Part shown: one piece after another, positions 12,721 to 24,970 of the stretch | Layout of the letters: each line of letters starts with the position of its first letter | Position numbering within the stretch: position 1 is the first letter of the stretch | Assembly (NCBI GenBank): GCA_964016885.1 | Contig: OZ024755.1 | Location: 37,634,001-37,698,000, forward strand | Source of the DNA: Eledone cirrhosa | Taxonomy: Eukaryota | DNA length: 64,000 nt | Reading direction: 5' to 3' | The notes under the pieces: generated by a model | Databases searched by the model: none | Told to the model about the DNA's origin: nothing | Seen by the model: only the letters and a program-made list of their open reading frames with translations | Program-made: the position numbers and the translations under genes

Positions 12721-13299
12721 TGTAATAGTCTTTACAAATAGCTAAACAAACTCTTCAATTGCTCCATTATTTATCATTGTCCTTTCTGTTAGTAAACTAT
12801 ATTGGTTGCAAACATGATGCTCTACTGAGTGATCATACTGACCACTTTCCATGCTGGCATGGGTTGGATGGGTCATCATGGCCAGAGTCAATCTTTATTC
12901 AAGGTTACTGCCCTCCTACATGGTTCAGAAATCATAGTATGCTCACTAATACATTCCAAAAATGTTTGCATTATTTCTACAGTTGGATACCCTTCCTTAC
13001 TTCACAAACCAGGTTATGAATAACTTGTCTGGTCATATTGATTTCCTTGTTAATAATCAAAAAGATTATTGGAAAGAAGGGTAATGATGGGGACGGTGGG
13101 AGTGATATTGCTATAAAGATTCTAATCCATTTCATGAATAAGAAATATGGCAATTGGAAAAAGGTGATCATCATAATCATCATCATTTAATGATCATTCT
13201 TTCACATTGGTATGGGCCAGACAGGCCTTTATAGGCCGAATCAATACTTAATTGGAGTTACTGAGCTCTCAGATGGGTTGGGGAGAGCACATAATCAAT

Positions 13300-13813
13300 A
13301 ATTTCTGTTCAAACTGGCTGTAACCGGCCTGAACTCTCTCACCTCTTTCTGTTCAAACAGGCTGTAACTGGCCTGAACTCTCACCTCTTTCTGTTCAAAC
13401 TGGCTGTAACTGGCCTGAACTCTCTCACCTCTTTCTGTTCAAACCGGCGGTAACCGGCCTGAACTCTCTCACCTCTTTCTGTTCAAACCGGCTGTAACCG
13501 GCCTGAACTCTCTCACCCCTTTCTGTTCAAACCGGCTGTAACCGGCCTGAACTCTCTCACCTCTTTCTGTTCAAACCGGCTGTAACCGGCCTGAACTCTC
13601 TCACCTCTTTCTGTTCAAACTGGCTGTAACCGGCCTGAACTATCACCTATTTCTGTTCAAACCAGCTGTAACTGGCTGGTCATACTTACATTAAGGCATT
13701 GTTCTTAACATAAATAACACCAAAATATTGTAGATTTGATATTATGTGAGGTAAAGCCTTTACTGTGGAATTACAATAGTATATATAGAGTAATGTAAAT
13801 GCTAACGGGTTAA
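13300..13813. mobile_element. piggyBac-type MITE remnant with an internal 44-bp tandem array (~8-9 copies)
   Basis: Unit ctctttctgttcaaaccggctgtaaccggcctgaactctctcac; ends aatgctaacgggttaa. Confidence 0.8.
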
Positions 13814-14551
13814 ATTAGTGTTTGGAACCTAACAAATATTTTTACATAAAATTATGGATGGAAGATTTTTAGATAAATATAAATATTTTAAATCAAACAG
13901 TTTTGTATCATAGACTTATGGGTGCTTGCATGCAGCTTTGTAGAGTAAAGACAGTATGGGAAAATGTGGCCAGCACACTGAGAAAGTTAAATGATAAAAT
14001 AGAAACTACTGCTCTGACTTTCATGTGGTTTGGTAGGATAAAGACAGTATTTGCTCAGTGGCCAAATTTTCTCTGTACAAAATCCTTATAGTGACTACAT
14101 TGATTTGAATGATGAGAGCAGCTGTTACAGGTGACTCCTAGCATGAATGTTATATTTTCTCCAGAGTTGACATTTTGTGGAGAATTGTGATAGGAAATTA
14201 GTCATAATATCAATTATAAGCCACACATAATGTTATCTATAATATTAAAAGTGAATGAAGTACATTGTTTTAATGCCAAATTACATAATGCTATTTCATT
14301 TCATATGTTATTTAAAGAGGTTGACGCCTTCTTGCGGTTGTTTTGCATTTCAACAACAATGGGGTCATTATAGTTAGTCACATCAACATTGACCAACTTT
14401 GAAAGACTTGATTACATATATATGTATGAAAAAATGGGCATTGAGTGTGTGTGTTTGTCTTCCATGCATGTGTTTTTATGTATACGTGTGTGTGTTTCTG
14501 TATATGTGTCCATACTTTCTTTATATTAAAATTTACTTCGACACACACATA

Positions 14552-14858
14552 TCATCATCATCATTTTTACGTCTTTCCATGCTCGCATGAGTTGAACAAA
14601 CCCTTTTCAGCACAGCATCTTTCCACTCAACATGTTCCTTCATCATCTCCTCTGTGAGACTCAGCAATTCGAGATCAGCTCTCAACACCTCTGCCCAGGT
14701 CTTCCTCATTCTACCTCTACTGTGGCTTCTTCGTACCACTGGAATTTCCTGGCATTTCTCCAAGCAATCATCATCCATGTACAATACACGTCTATACCGA
14801 TGCAGTCTTCTCCCTTGCACACCACTTCGGATTCCTCTTAAACCCACTTTCTTCCTTA
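14552..14858 (-). mobile_element. RTE LINE 3' fragment
   Basis: LRKKVGLRGI...RGRMRKTWAEVLRADL with a (GAT)n tail. Confidence 0.8.
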
Positions 14859-15700
14859 GTTCACATGGCAGTGAGACATGGGCATTGCGTGCAGAGGACC
14901 TGCGCAGACTGGAAAGGAACGAAGCATGCATGCTCCGTTGGATGTGTAATAGTAATATACGTGAACGGCAAAGCATAAATGAACTAAGTGAGAAATTAGG
15001 AATAAGAGGGATCAGATGCTATTTACTTGAGAGAAGACTACATTGGTATGGTCACGTGATGTGTATGAAAGAAGACAGCTGTATAAAAAAGTGCAGGGTG
15101 ATCAAAATTGATCGCCCTGCACTTTTGGTTAAGAGGTGCCTACTGACTGTAGGAGTAGGCAGACCAAGAAAAACCTGGGACGATTTGATAAATTCCGACC
15201 TTACACACTTGCACCTCTCTAAGACAATGTCACTGGACCGAGATCTTTGGTGCTACGCAGTAATACAGAAGACCCGCCTTGCCAATGTACAAAGCAAAAC
15301 CGACAGTTAGTAGGCACCTCTTAACCAAATATACACCCCAATCCACTATCCCTACCCTTTCCTCCCACTCCCAACAACATCACCCTCTCTCTATAAAGTT
15401 GGTACCACAACATTCAGTCCAAATAAATGAGATAATGAGACCGAGATCGTGTAGGTGTCACAAAAAAAAAAACACAGTCCACCCTGTAATGTGGCCGTGT
15501 AGGTAACACGGTAAAAAGTTCCCAGTCCACACTGTAAACATGGTTGGTGTGAGGAAAGGTACCCAACCGTAGAAAACCTGCCAGATAGTCCTATACGAGC
15601 GAGACACAGTCACCCGACCAACCTTGCCTTAAGTGGGTCAACTCCCGTCTAACCCATGCTAGCGAGGAAGATGGACATTAAACGAAGATAATGATGATGA
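14859..15700 (+). mobile_element. RTE LINE 3' fragment followed by a non-autonomous RTE-related element
   Basis: HGSETWAL...RNEACMLRWMC...WYGHV...GRPRKTW; 15460-15700 carries the 48-bp unit and a (GAT)n tail. Confidence 0.8.
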
Positions 15701-15856
15701 TATATATATATATAACCAAAGATTAATATGGTTCCTTGATTACTCAATGAATACAGTTTTACAATAGATTAAAAGCACTCAACAATGTGCCAATACTGCC
15801 AATACTGGAATTAAAATATCAAAACCGTAGTGGTATGTCATATATCAAATCATATA

Positions 15857-15920
15857 TTTTATCTGACGAGGACGTAGTGGGAAAAAACAAACACAGTACC
15901 TTCAAAATATATATAATAAA
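15857..15920 (+). ncRNA. Type I hammerhead ribozyme motif, core decayed (GAAA>AAAA)
   Basis: TTTAT-CTGACGA-stem II-cAAAA-TATATA-TA-ATAAA. Stem I TTTAT/ATAAA; palindromic stem III. Confidence 0.6.
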
Positions 15921-15981
15921 GCATATATTTTGATTATGTGAATGTCTTCATTTGTTAATATTTTGAATATTATATATATAT

Positions 15982-16297
15982 GGAGGCACATGGCTTAGTG
16001 GTATTGGCCTTGTTCAATTCTCAGACCGGGTGATGTGTTGTTTCCTTGAGCAAGACACTTTATTTCACATTGCTCCAGTTTACTCAGCTGTAGAAATGAG
16101 ATGATAGGGACTGGGGTCCCTATCATTCCACTGCAAAGTGGTCGTGCAGGTGCCACGGCAAAAAAGCACCCAGCACTCACTGTAAATGAGGTTGGTGTTA
16201 GGAAGGGCATCCAGCTGTAGAAATCAAGCCAGAATCAGTTCCCGTCCCACCCTTGCAAGCAGAGAAAAAGCGGACGTAAAATGAAATGATGATGATG
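15982..16297 (+). mobile_element. SINE family A with a deletion in the tRNA head
   Basis: Same body and tail as the 12278 copy. Confidence 0.85.
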
Positions 16298-16627
16298 TAT
16301 GTAAAAGGTAAACAGAAATAACAACACAATCGGTAGAGTATATGGAAGGAGCTTTATATATATATATATATAGAATAATGAAATACAAAGTAGTTCAGAT
16401 GTTAAAATTCCTTTATTGAACTAATTTGTATTTCATTATTCTATAAATACTCTGTCATTCCTATGCAGAAATAGAACGTTGAGTTCTTGAATAGTATTGC
16501 ATTGATGTTTTATTGCATATATATATATTAATCATTTTAAAAGGTATCTATATTTGAAGTTCTAGTCAAACTTTAATTAGTTACCTACCTAGCTATGTGT
16601 GCCTACATTCTTTACAAATTATTCCAT

Positions 16628-16837
16628 GATTCTGGCTTGATTTCTACAGCTGGATGACCACTTTGCAGTGGAATGATAGGGACCCAAGCCCCTATCATCT
16701 CATTTCTACAGCTGAGTAAACTTGAGCAATGTGAAATAAAGTGTCTTGCTCAAGGAAACAACACATCACCCGGTCTGAGAATTGAACTCACAACCTTTCG
16801 ATTGCAAGGCCAATGCTCTAACCACTAAGCCATGTGC

Positions 16838-16840
<3 letters not shown>
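16628..16840 (-). mobile_element. SINE family A, internally deleted
   Basis: Reverse complement of head and CORE-like body. Confidence 0.85.
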
Positions 16841-16871
<31 letters not shown>

Positions 16872-16956
16872 ATATATATAACAAAGAAATGTGGTAAGGA
16901 ACTAGGTGGACCATAACGCACCAAAGTACTCAATACTTAGGGTAGTAGAGTGGGTG

Positions 16957-17057
16957 ATAGGAACGAGTAGGACCCCGACGGCTGAGCTCAAGCCGTTTCG
17001 GCGGCTAATTCTGGACGTCGAAACGGCTTGAGCTCAGCCGTCGGGGTCTTACTCGTT

Positions 17058-17062
<5 letters not shown>
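16957..17062. repeat. Inverted repeat with 47-bp arms and a 12-nt loop, each arm carrying the 3' half of a hammerhead
   Basis: ataggaacgagtaggaccccgacggctgagctcaagccgtttcg followed by its reverse complement. Confidence 0.9.
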
Positions 17063-17111
<49 letters not shown>

Positions 17112-17447
17112 AATGAGTATGCCTTATTATACATTATTAACTATAAATTATTATTATTCTTATTCCATTTCTAATTATCTCATGTACTTTCTCCTCCGTT
17201 ATATATATATTGTATGCCCTTTGTGTGTGTGTAGCCTCTGCACACCCTCTACACCCTACTATCAATGCCACCCATCTATGGCTCCACTAACCACTCGACT
17301 CCCGGGAATGAATATGACCGACCCACACCCCACCCTCCCGCACCAAAATTAGATTTATTGTCCCCTGCTTTTGCTCTTTACTCTCTTCACTCTTTGTTCT
17401 TGAATGTTTGGTTGGTAGAGTCCATAACACCAATCAAACCCCTTTTA

Positions 17448-17496
17448 TAGCTCTGAAGAATCCTACGGTTACGTAAGGAAGAAACATTGTAAGCCA
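17448..17496 (+). ncRNA. Type I hammerhead ribozyme motif in a probable Penelope-like terminal repeat
   Basis: GCT-CTGAAGA-aTCCT..AGGAa-GAAA-CATTG-TA-AGC, followed by AATAAA and (TA)n. The stem II closing pair is mismatched. Confidence 0.65.
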
Positions 17497-17539
17497 ATAA
17501 AAAATGTTTGATGTTGTAGACGCTCTTGTGTTCTTTATC

Positions 17540-17584
<45 letters not shown>

Positions 17585-17614
17585 AACAAAAGATGGTTAA
17601 AAGAGTTCCATGTA

Positions 17615-17681
17615 TTTTATTATGCGCATTTCAAAAACAAATATCATCATGCAATAATATTTGTGTTTTCATCAGATAAAA
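17615..17681 (-). ncRNA. Type I hammerhead ribozyme with intact core (mirror copy, on the host pre-mRNA strand)
   Basis: Reverse complement of 17804-17870. Confidence 0.8.
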
Positions 17682-17803
17682 CAGGAGGACATGATATGAA
17701 GGTTAAAAAACACTTGTGGATAGTTCAGTTTTAAATTAACATATGTTGATTTAAAACTGAACTATCCACAAGTGTTTTTTAACCTTCATGTCATGTCCTC
17801 CTG

Positions 17804-17870
17804 TTTTATCTGATGAAAACACAAATATTATTGCATGATGATATTTGTTTTTGAAATGCGCATAATAAAA
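17804..17870 (+). ncRNA. Type I hammerhead ribozyme with intact core
   Basis: Stem I TTTTAT/ATAAAA, CTGATGA at 17810-17816, ~16-bp stem II, GAA, palindromic stem III ATGCGCAT, predicted cleavage after A17864. Confidence 0.8.
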
Positions 17871-17995
17871 TACATGGAACTCTTTTAACCATCTTTTGTT
17901 CTTATATATTATGTATACTCCAGTCCTACAAACTGTAGAGTGCTTCTTATCCGATATCTGCATTGCTTTATTGTACTACAATAAAACTCACCTCC

Positions 17996-18034
<39 letters not shown>

Positions 18035-18229
18035 AAGGGGGAATAGATGACATTGGGAATGTGTGTTCCATCAGATATTTGCTACGTCTCAATAATCAAC
18101 TTCACCAGATGCTGGTAGAATTAAAAAGATTCCCCTCCAAGAGGAATTGGAGAGTGGGAAGTCAGAATATTATTTTTATATCTCTCTCATAGATATTATA
18201 GAGAAATCAATACAGCTTCCATGTGGATC

Positions 18230-19320
18230 AACATCATTGTCATCACCACTACCATCACAACCATCGTCATCATTACCATCATCATCATCGTCGTCACCAT
18301 CATTATCATAACCACCATCATCATCATCATCATAGTCATCACAACCATCACTACCATCATCGGCATCACTGCTGCCCCACCAGTTGCACCCTCCACCCCA
18401 CCACCACCACCATTATTACCACCACCCAACCCCACCCTTGCCATCACCTCTATTACCACCATCGCCACCACCACCACCACTGCCATCACATCTATTACCA
18501 CCATCACTTCCACCACCACCACCACTGCCACCAACGCCACCACCACCACCACCACTGCCATCACATCTATAACCACCACTGCCACCACCACCACCACTGC
18601 CGCCACCACCACCATCACTGCCACCACCAACACCACCACCATCTCTGTCATTATCACCACCACTGTCATTACCACCACCACCATCATTATTAACACCATT
18701 GTCATTATCACTGCCACCACCATCACTGCCTCCACCACCACCACCACTGTCAATCATCATCACCACCACCTGGTTGTTGTGGTGTTGAAGAAGATGATGG
18801 TGGTGGTGGTGGTGGTGATAATAATGATGATGGTGGTGGTGGTGATGGTGGTGACAATAATGTTGATGGTGGTGGTGGTGATAATAATGATGATGGTGGT
18901 GGTGGTGACAATGATGATGATGGTGGTGGTGGTGATGACAATAATGATGATGGTGGTGGTGATAATAATGATGACGGTGGTGGTGGTGGTGGTGACAATG
19001 ATGATGATGGTGGTGGTGGTGACAATAATGTTGATGGTGGTGGTGATGGTGGTGGTGGTGGTGACAATAATGATGATGGTGGTGGTGATGGTGATAATAA
19101 TGATGATGATGGTGGTGGTGGTGGTGATGGTGACAATAATGATGGTGGTGGTTGTGGTAGTGGTGGTGGTGGTGGTGATGGTGACAATAATGGTGGTGGT
19201 GGTGGTGGTGATGGTGATGGTGACAATAATGGTGGTGGTGGTGGTGGTGATGGTGATGGTGACAATAATGGTGGTGGTGGTGGTGGTGTTGGTGGTGGTA
19301 GTGGTGGTGTTGGTGGTAGG
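18230..19320. repeat. (CAC/CAT)n tract switching to a (GGT/GAT)n tract near 18770
   Basis: Seen directly. Confidence 0.95.
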
Positions 19321-19566
19321 AGTCATATTTATATATATATGATATTTTTTTAAACATCATCTATATATAAATTTCTGTGATTCTGTCACAACACATAAAG
19401 AGAGAGGAGTAGTTTGACTACCTCATACTACTCCTCTCTCTTTACATCTGCTGCCTGTGTGAAGGTATGTGTGTGTGTAAAGGGAAAGAAGGGGGTGGTG
19501 AAAAGCGTGACTGGTTTTGTTTCTATTCTGAAGTATACGCATAGGCAGATTATTGTAAACACTTTG

Positions 19567-19625
19567 ATGTGTGTGTGTTTGTGTGTATATATATATGTGT
19601 TTGTGTAAATATATATATGTGTGTT

Positions 19626-19672
<47 letters not shown>

Positions 19673-22320
19673 TTGTGTGTATATATATATATATATGTGT
19701 GTGTTTGTGTGTGTATATATATATATGTGTGTGTTTGTGTGTGTATATATATATATATGTATGTTTGTGTGTGTGTTTGTGTGTATATATATATGTGTGT
19801 TTGTGTGAATATATATATATGTGTGTTTGTGTGTATATATATATATATATATATGTGTGTGCGTTTGTGTGAATATATATGTGTGTTTGTGTATATATAT
19901 ATGTGTTTGTGTATATATATATGTGTGTGTTTGTGTGAATATATGTATGTGTTTGTGTGAATATATATATGTGTGTTTGTGTGAATATATGTGTGTTTGT
20001 GTGTATATATGTATGTGTGTGTATATATGCATGTGTGTGTTTGTGTGTATATATGTATGTGTGTGTTTGTGTGTATATATATATGTGTGTTTGTGAGTAT
20101 ATATATGTGTGTGTTTGTGTGTATATATATATGTGTGTTTGTGTGTATATATATGTGTGTTTGTGTGTATATATATATGTGTGTTTGTGTGTATATATAT
20201 ATGTGTTTGTGTATATATATATATGTGTGTTTGTGTGTATATATGTATGTGTTTGTGTGAATATATATATGTGTGTTTGTGTGAATATATATATGTGTTT
20301 GTGTGAATGTATGTGTGTGTTTATGTGAATGTATGTGTGTGATTATGTGAATGTATGTGTGTGAGTGTGTGAATGTATGTGTGTGAGTGCGTGAATGTAT
20401 GTGTGTGTGTGAATGTATGTGTGTGTTTATGTGAATGTATGTGTGTGAGTGTGTGAATGTATGTGTGTGAGTGTGGGAATGTATGTGTGTTTGTGAGTGT
20501 GTGAATGTGTGTTTGTGAGTGCGTGAATGTATGTAAGTGAGTGTGTGAATGTATGTGCGTTTGTGAGTGTGTGAATGTATGTGTGTTTGTGTGAATATAT
20601 GTATGTGAGTGTATATTTATAACCGTGTCTGCACGTTTATATATATATATATACTCATACATATAAATGTATGCACTTACACACACACACACACACACAC
20701 ACATATGCATGTCAGCGTATGGAAAAAAATTCTAGAATGTGTATATATATATATATATATCATCTGTACACATACATAAATACATATATTTGTGTACAGA
20801 CACACACATAGATACATATATGGGTGTACAGACACACACACATAGATACATATATGGGTGTACAGACACACACACATAGATACATATATGGGTGTACAGA
20901 CACACACACATAGATACATATATGTGTACAGACGCACACACATACATACATATATGTGTGTGTACAGACACACACATAGATACATATATGGGTGTACAGA
21001 CACACACATATATGTATCTATGTTGTGTGTCTGTGTCATACACACATAGATAGATATATGTGTACACACACACACACACAGATACATATATGTGTGTGTA
21101 CACACACACACACACATAGATAGATATATGTGTACACACACACACATAGATACATATATGTGTGTACAGACACACACACATAGATACATATATGTGTGTA
21201 CAGACACACACACATAGATACATATATGTGTGTACAGACACACACACATAGATACATATATGTGTGTGTCCAGACACACACACACACACACACACAGTTC
21301 GATATATGTGTGTACAGACACACACACACACACATAGATACATATATGTGTACACACACACACACATAGATACATATATGTGTGTGTACACACACACACA
21401 TAGATACATATATGTGTACACACACACATAGATACATATATGTGTGTACAGACACACACACATAGATACATATGTGTGTGTACACACACACACATAGATA
21501 GATATATGTGTGTGTACTAACACACATAGATACATATATGTGTGTGTGTGTACACACACACACACACATAGATAGATATATGTGCACACACACACACATA
21601 CACACACACACACACACGTATTTAACATTTTGAGAGCTTCGTGACTTTAAGCATTTATATAGAAATATGTATTCTATACCACATAGTTTCATAGTCACAT
21701 TCTGGTGTGTGTGTGACTGTGTTGGTGTGTGTGACTGTGTTAGTGGGTTTGTGTGTGTGTGCATATGACTGTATTTGTGTGTTGTTGTGTGTGTGTGTCT
21801 GTATTTGTGTGTTGGCGTGAGTGTGCCTGTGTTTGTATGTTGGTGTGTGTGTTTGTGTGTTGGTGTGTCGTTTGTGTTTGTGTGTCTGTGTTTGTGTGAT
21901 GGCGTGAGTGTGTCTGTGTTTGTATGTTGGTGTGTGTGTGTGTGTGACTGTGTTAGTGGGTTTGTGTGTGTGTGCATATGACTGTATTTGTGTGTTGTTG
22001 TGTGTGTGTGTCTATATTTGTGTGTTGGCGTGAGTGTGTCTGTGTTTGTATGTTGGTGTGTGTGTGTGTGTGTTTGTGTGTTGGTGTGTCGTTTGTGTTT
22101 GTGTGTTGGCGTGAGTGTGTCTGTGTTTGTATGTTGGTGTGTGTGTGTGTGTGTATGTGTTTGTGTGTATGACTGTGTTAGTGGGTGTGTCTGTCTGTGT
22201 TTGTATGTTGGCGTGTGTGTGTCTGTCTGTGTTTGTATGTTGGTGTGTATGTGTGTGTGCATATCACTGTGTGTGTGTTTGTGTGTTGGTGTGTGAGTGT
22301 GTGCATATGACTGTGTGTGT
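19567..22320. repeat. Compound GT/TA/CA microsatellite-derived region
   Basis: GT-rich 19567-20620, CA-rich 20680-21617, GT-rich 21705-22320. Confidence 0.95.
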
Positions 22321-22802
22321 AAGATGCAAAGAATTGAAACAACAGTTCATAGAGAAGTAACAAAACCATATTGTGTTTGTTTAGGAGGTGAAATTCTTGC
22401 TTAAGAAATGTAATTATAGTAATTTCTATTAGCAGATGGTTCTAACTGTTGTACACAAACATTGAAGAGAAAATAAAGAAGATAACATTACAAACGAAAA
22501 TAGGACATTATATGAGAAGTTACTTTATATCAATGGCTCTGAAGCATTTATATGAATGAACTGACAGGGTGATTAGGGCATAAGATAGACTGTTTTGTAC
22601 TATTGATTCTACCTTGCCACACTCATCTACTTCTCTCTCTCTCAAAGAAATCACCTGTGGTTAAACCGAGAAAGAGATAGGAGCCTCCAGATTTAGAAAG
22701 CTCAACGTATGCTATATGATGGCACCCCTGAAAACTCAGGAGTTGCAGGATCAGTGCACAATGAATTCTAGTCACAGAATATGTCAATTCTATTATATAC
22801 AT

Positions 22803-23003
22803 CAGGCCTGTCAAACATGCGGCCCTTTACAAGCCCACCTGCGGCTCTCACAAAGGTTTTTACAGTGCGAGCATGTTTTATCTTAGTAATATAAAATGAA
22901 AAACAAATAGTTGTAATGTGTGCAATTAGTTGTCATGTGTGGCCCTCAGACAACACATGTGTGACCCATGTGGTCCTCGGGGACCCTCAGTTTGACATGC
23001 CTG
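22803..23003. mobile_element. hAT-superfamily MITE
   Basis: TIRs CAGGCCTGTCAAAC / GTTTGACATGCCTG with a perfect 8-bp TSD ATATACAT (22795-22802 and 23004-23011). Confidence 0.9.
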
Positions 23004-23011
23004 ATATACAT

Positions 23012-24715
23012 CATCATCATGTTGAGTTATCTCAGACAACGTTGATAATTCTTCTTCTCCACTTGTCCATATCCAACATGGCTTCTGTGAGTTCATTCTT
23101 TCTAAGATTTGTGTCTTTAAAAACCTGCTCCAGAAATATAGCATGAGGCCACCATCCTCTTGTTCTACATGTGAGAGTTCCTATAGCAGTAACTGGTATA
23201 ATGTCTCAGTCATGTGACAGTTCCTTCAGCAGTAACTGGTATAATGTCTCAGTCATGTGACAGTTCCTATAGCAGTAACTGGTATAATATCTCAGTCATG
23301 TGACAGTTCCTTCAGCAGTAACTGGTATAATGTCTGTCTTCTAGCCTGTATGATCTTTGTTATTGGTCTCAGGTTGCTGTATAATGACTTGTTTCTTCTT
23401 TGCTCCCTCCAAGATACATTTTATACTGTCCTCAATAGTCTTGTATATGTACCATCTCTTTTGTGAGTGTCCAACACTCTGCTCCAAACACAAGCACCCT
23501 GTCCTCAATAGTCTTGTATATGTACCATCTCTTTTGTGACTGTCCAGCACTCCGCTCCAAACACAAGCACCCTGTCCTCAATAGTCTTGTATATGTACCA
23601 TCTCTTTTGTGAGTGTCCAACACTCTGCTCCAAACACAAGCACCCTGTCCTCAATAGTCTTGTATATGTACCATCTCTTTTGTGAGTGTCCAACACTCTG
23701 CTCCAAACACAAGCACCCTGTCCTCAATAGTCTTGTATATGTACCATCACTTTTGTGAGTGTCCAACACTCTGCTCCAAACACAAGCACCCTGTCCTCAA
23801 TAGTCTTGTATATGTACCATCTCTTTTGTGAGTGTCCAACACTCTGCTCCAAACACAAGCACCCTGTCCTCAATAGTCTTGTATATGTACCATCTCTTTC
23901 GTGAGTGTCCAACACTCTGCTCCAAACACAAGCACCCTGTCCTCAATAGTCTTGTATATGTACCATCTCTTTTGTGAGTGTCCAACACTCTGCTCCAAAC
24001 ACAAGAACCCTGTCCTCAATAGTCTTGTATATGTACCATCTCTTTTGTGAGTGTCCAACACTCTGCTCCAAACACAAGCACCCTGTCCTCAATAGTCTTG
24101 TATATGTACCATCTCTTTTGTGAGTGTCCAACACTCTGCTCCAAACACAAGAACCCTGTCCTCAATAGTCTTGTATATGTACCATCTCTTTTGTGAGTGT
24201 CCAACACTCTGCTCCAAACACAAGCACCCTGTCCTCAATAGTCTTGTATATGTACCATCTCTTTTGTGAGTGTCCAGCACTCTGCTCCAAACACAAGCAC
24301 CCTGTCCTCAATAGTCTTGTATATGTACCATCTCTTTTGTGAGTGTCCAATACTCTGCTCCAAACACAAGCACACTGTCCTCAATAGTCTTGTATATGTA
24401 CCATCTCTTTTGTGAGTGTCCAGCACTCTGCTCCAAACACAAGAACCCTGTCCTCAATAGTCTTGTATATGTACCATCTCTTTTGTGAGTGTCCAGCACT
24501 CTGCTCCAAACACAAGCACCCTGTCCTCAATAGTCTTGTATATGTACCATCTCTTTTGTGAGTGTCCAACACTCTGCTCCAAACACAAGCACCCTCTCCT
24601 CAATAGTCTTGTATATGTACCATCTAACCATCTCTCTGTGAGTGTCCAACACTCCACTCCACTGGAATTGTGTTAGCCTGGACAGTTGCAAACAAAAATG
24701 ATATGTTGTGTCTTT
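23012..24715 (-). mobile_element. LINE (RTE-like) 3' fragment with an internal 73-bp tandem array (~16 copies, 23426-24617)
   Basis: ECWTLT...LDGTYTRLLR thumb-region motif and a (GAT)n tail near 23010; the period of 73 is visible in the ORF offsets. Confidence 0.75.
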
Positions 24716-24776
24716 TGATAGAAATATGGCAATGAAAGGGTTGAATATAGCATTGGTAAGTATTATTAAATTGATT

Positions 24777-24970
24777 GGGCGGTGGATTGGCAGTATCGGT
24801 AGAGGGTCTGACGCTATGCTTTGCAGCAAAGAGTTACGCCCCTTTATGGTTTGAGTTCAAATCCCGCCGAGGTTAACTTTGCCTTTCATCCTTACGGGGG
24901 TCGATAAAATAAAGTACCAGTAATGCACTGGATAATTGCTGGCCTTGTGCCAAAAGTAGAAACAATTATT
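24777..24970 (+). mobile_element. SINE family B
   Basis: Full head, core and tail. Confidence 0.85.

Larger units (their letters stand above)
17576..17909. repeat. ~334-bp near-perfect spacerless palindrome
   Basis: Centre aacat|atgtt at 17742/17743, two mismatches seen. The ORF track gives the same peptide on both strands. Confidence 0.95.
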
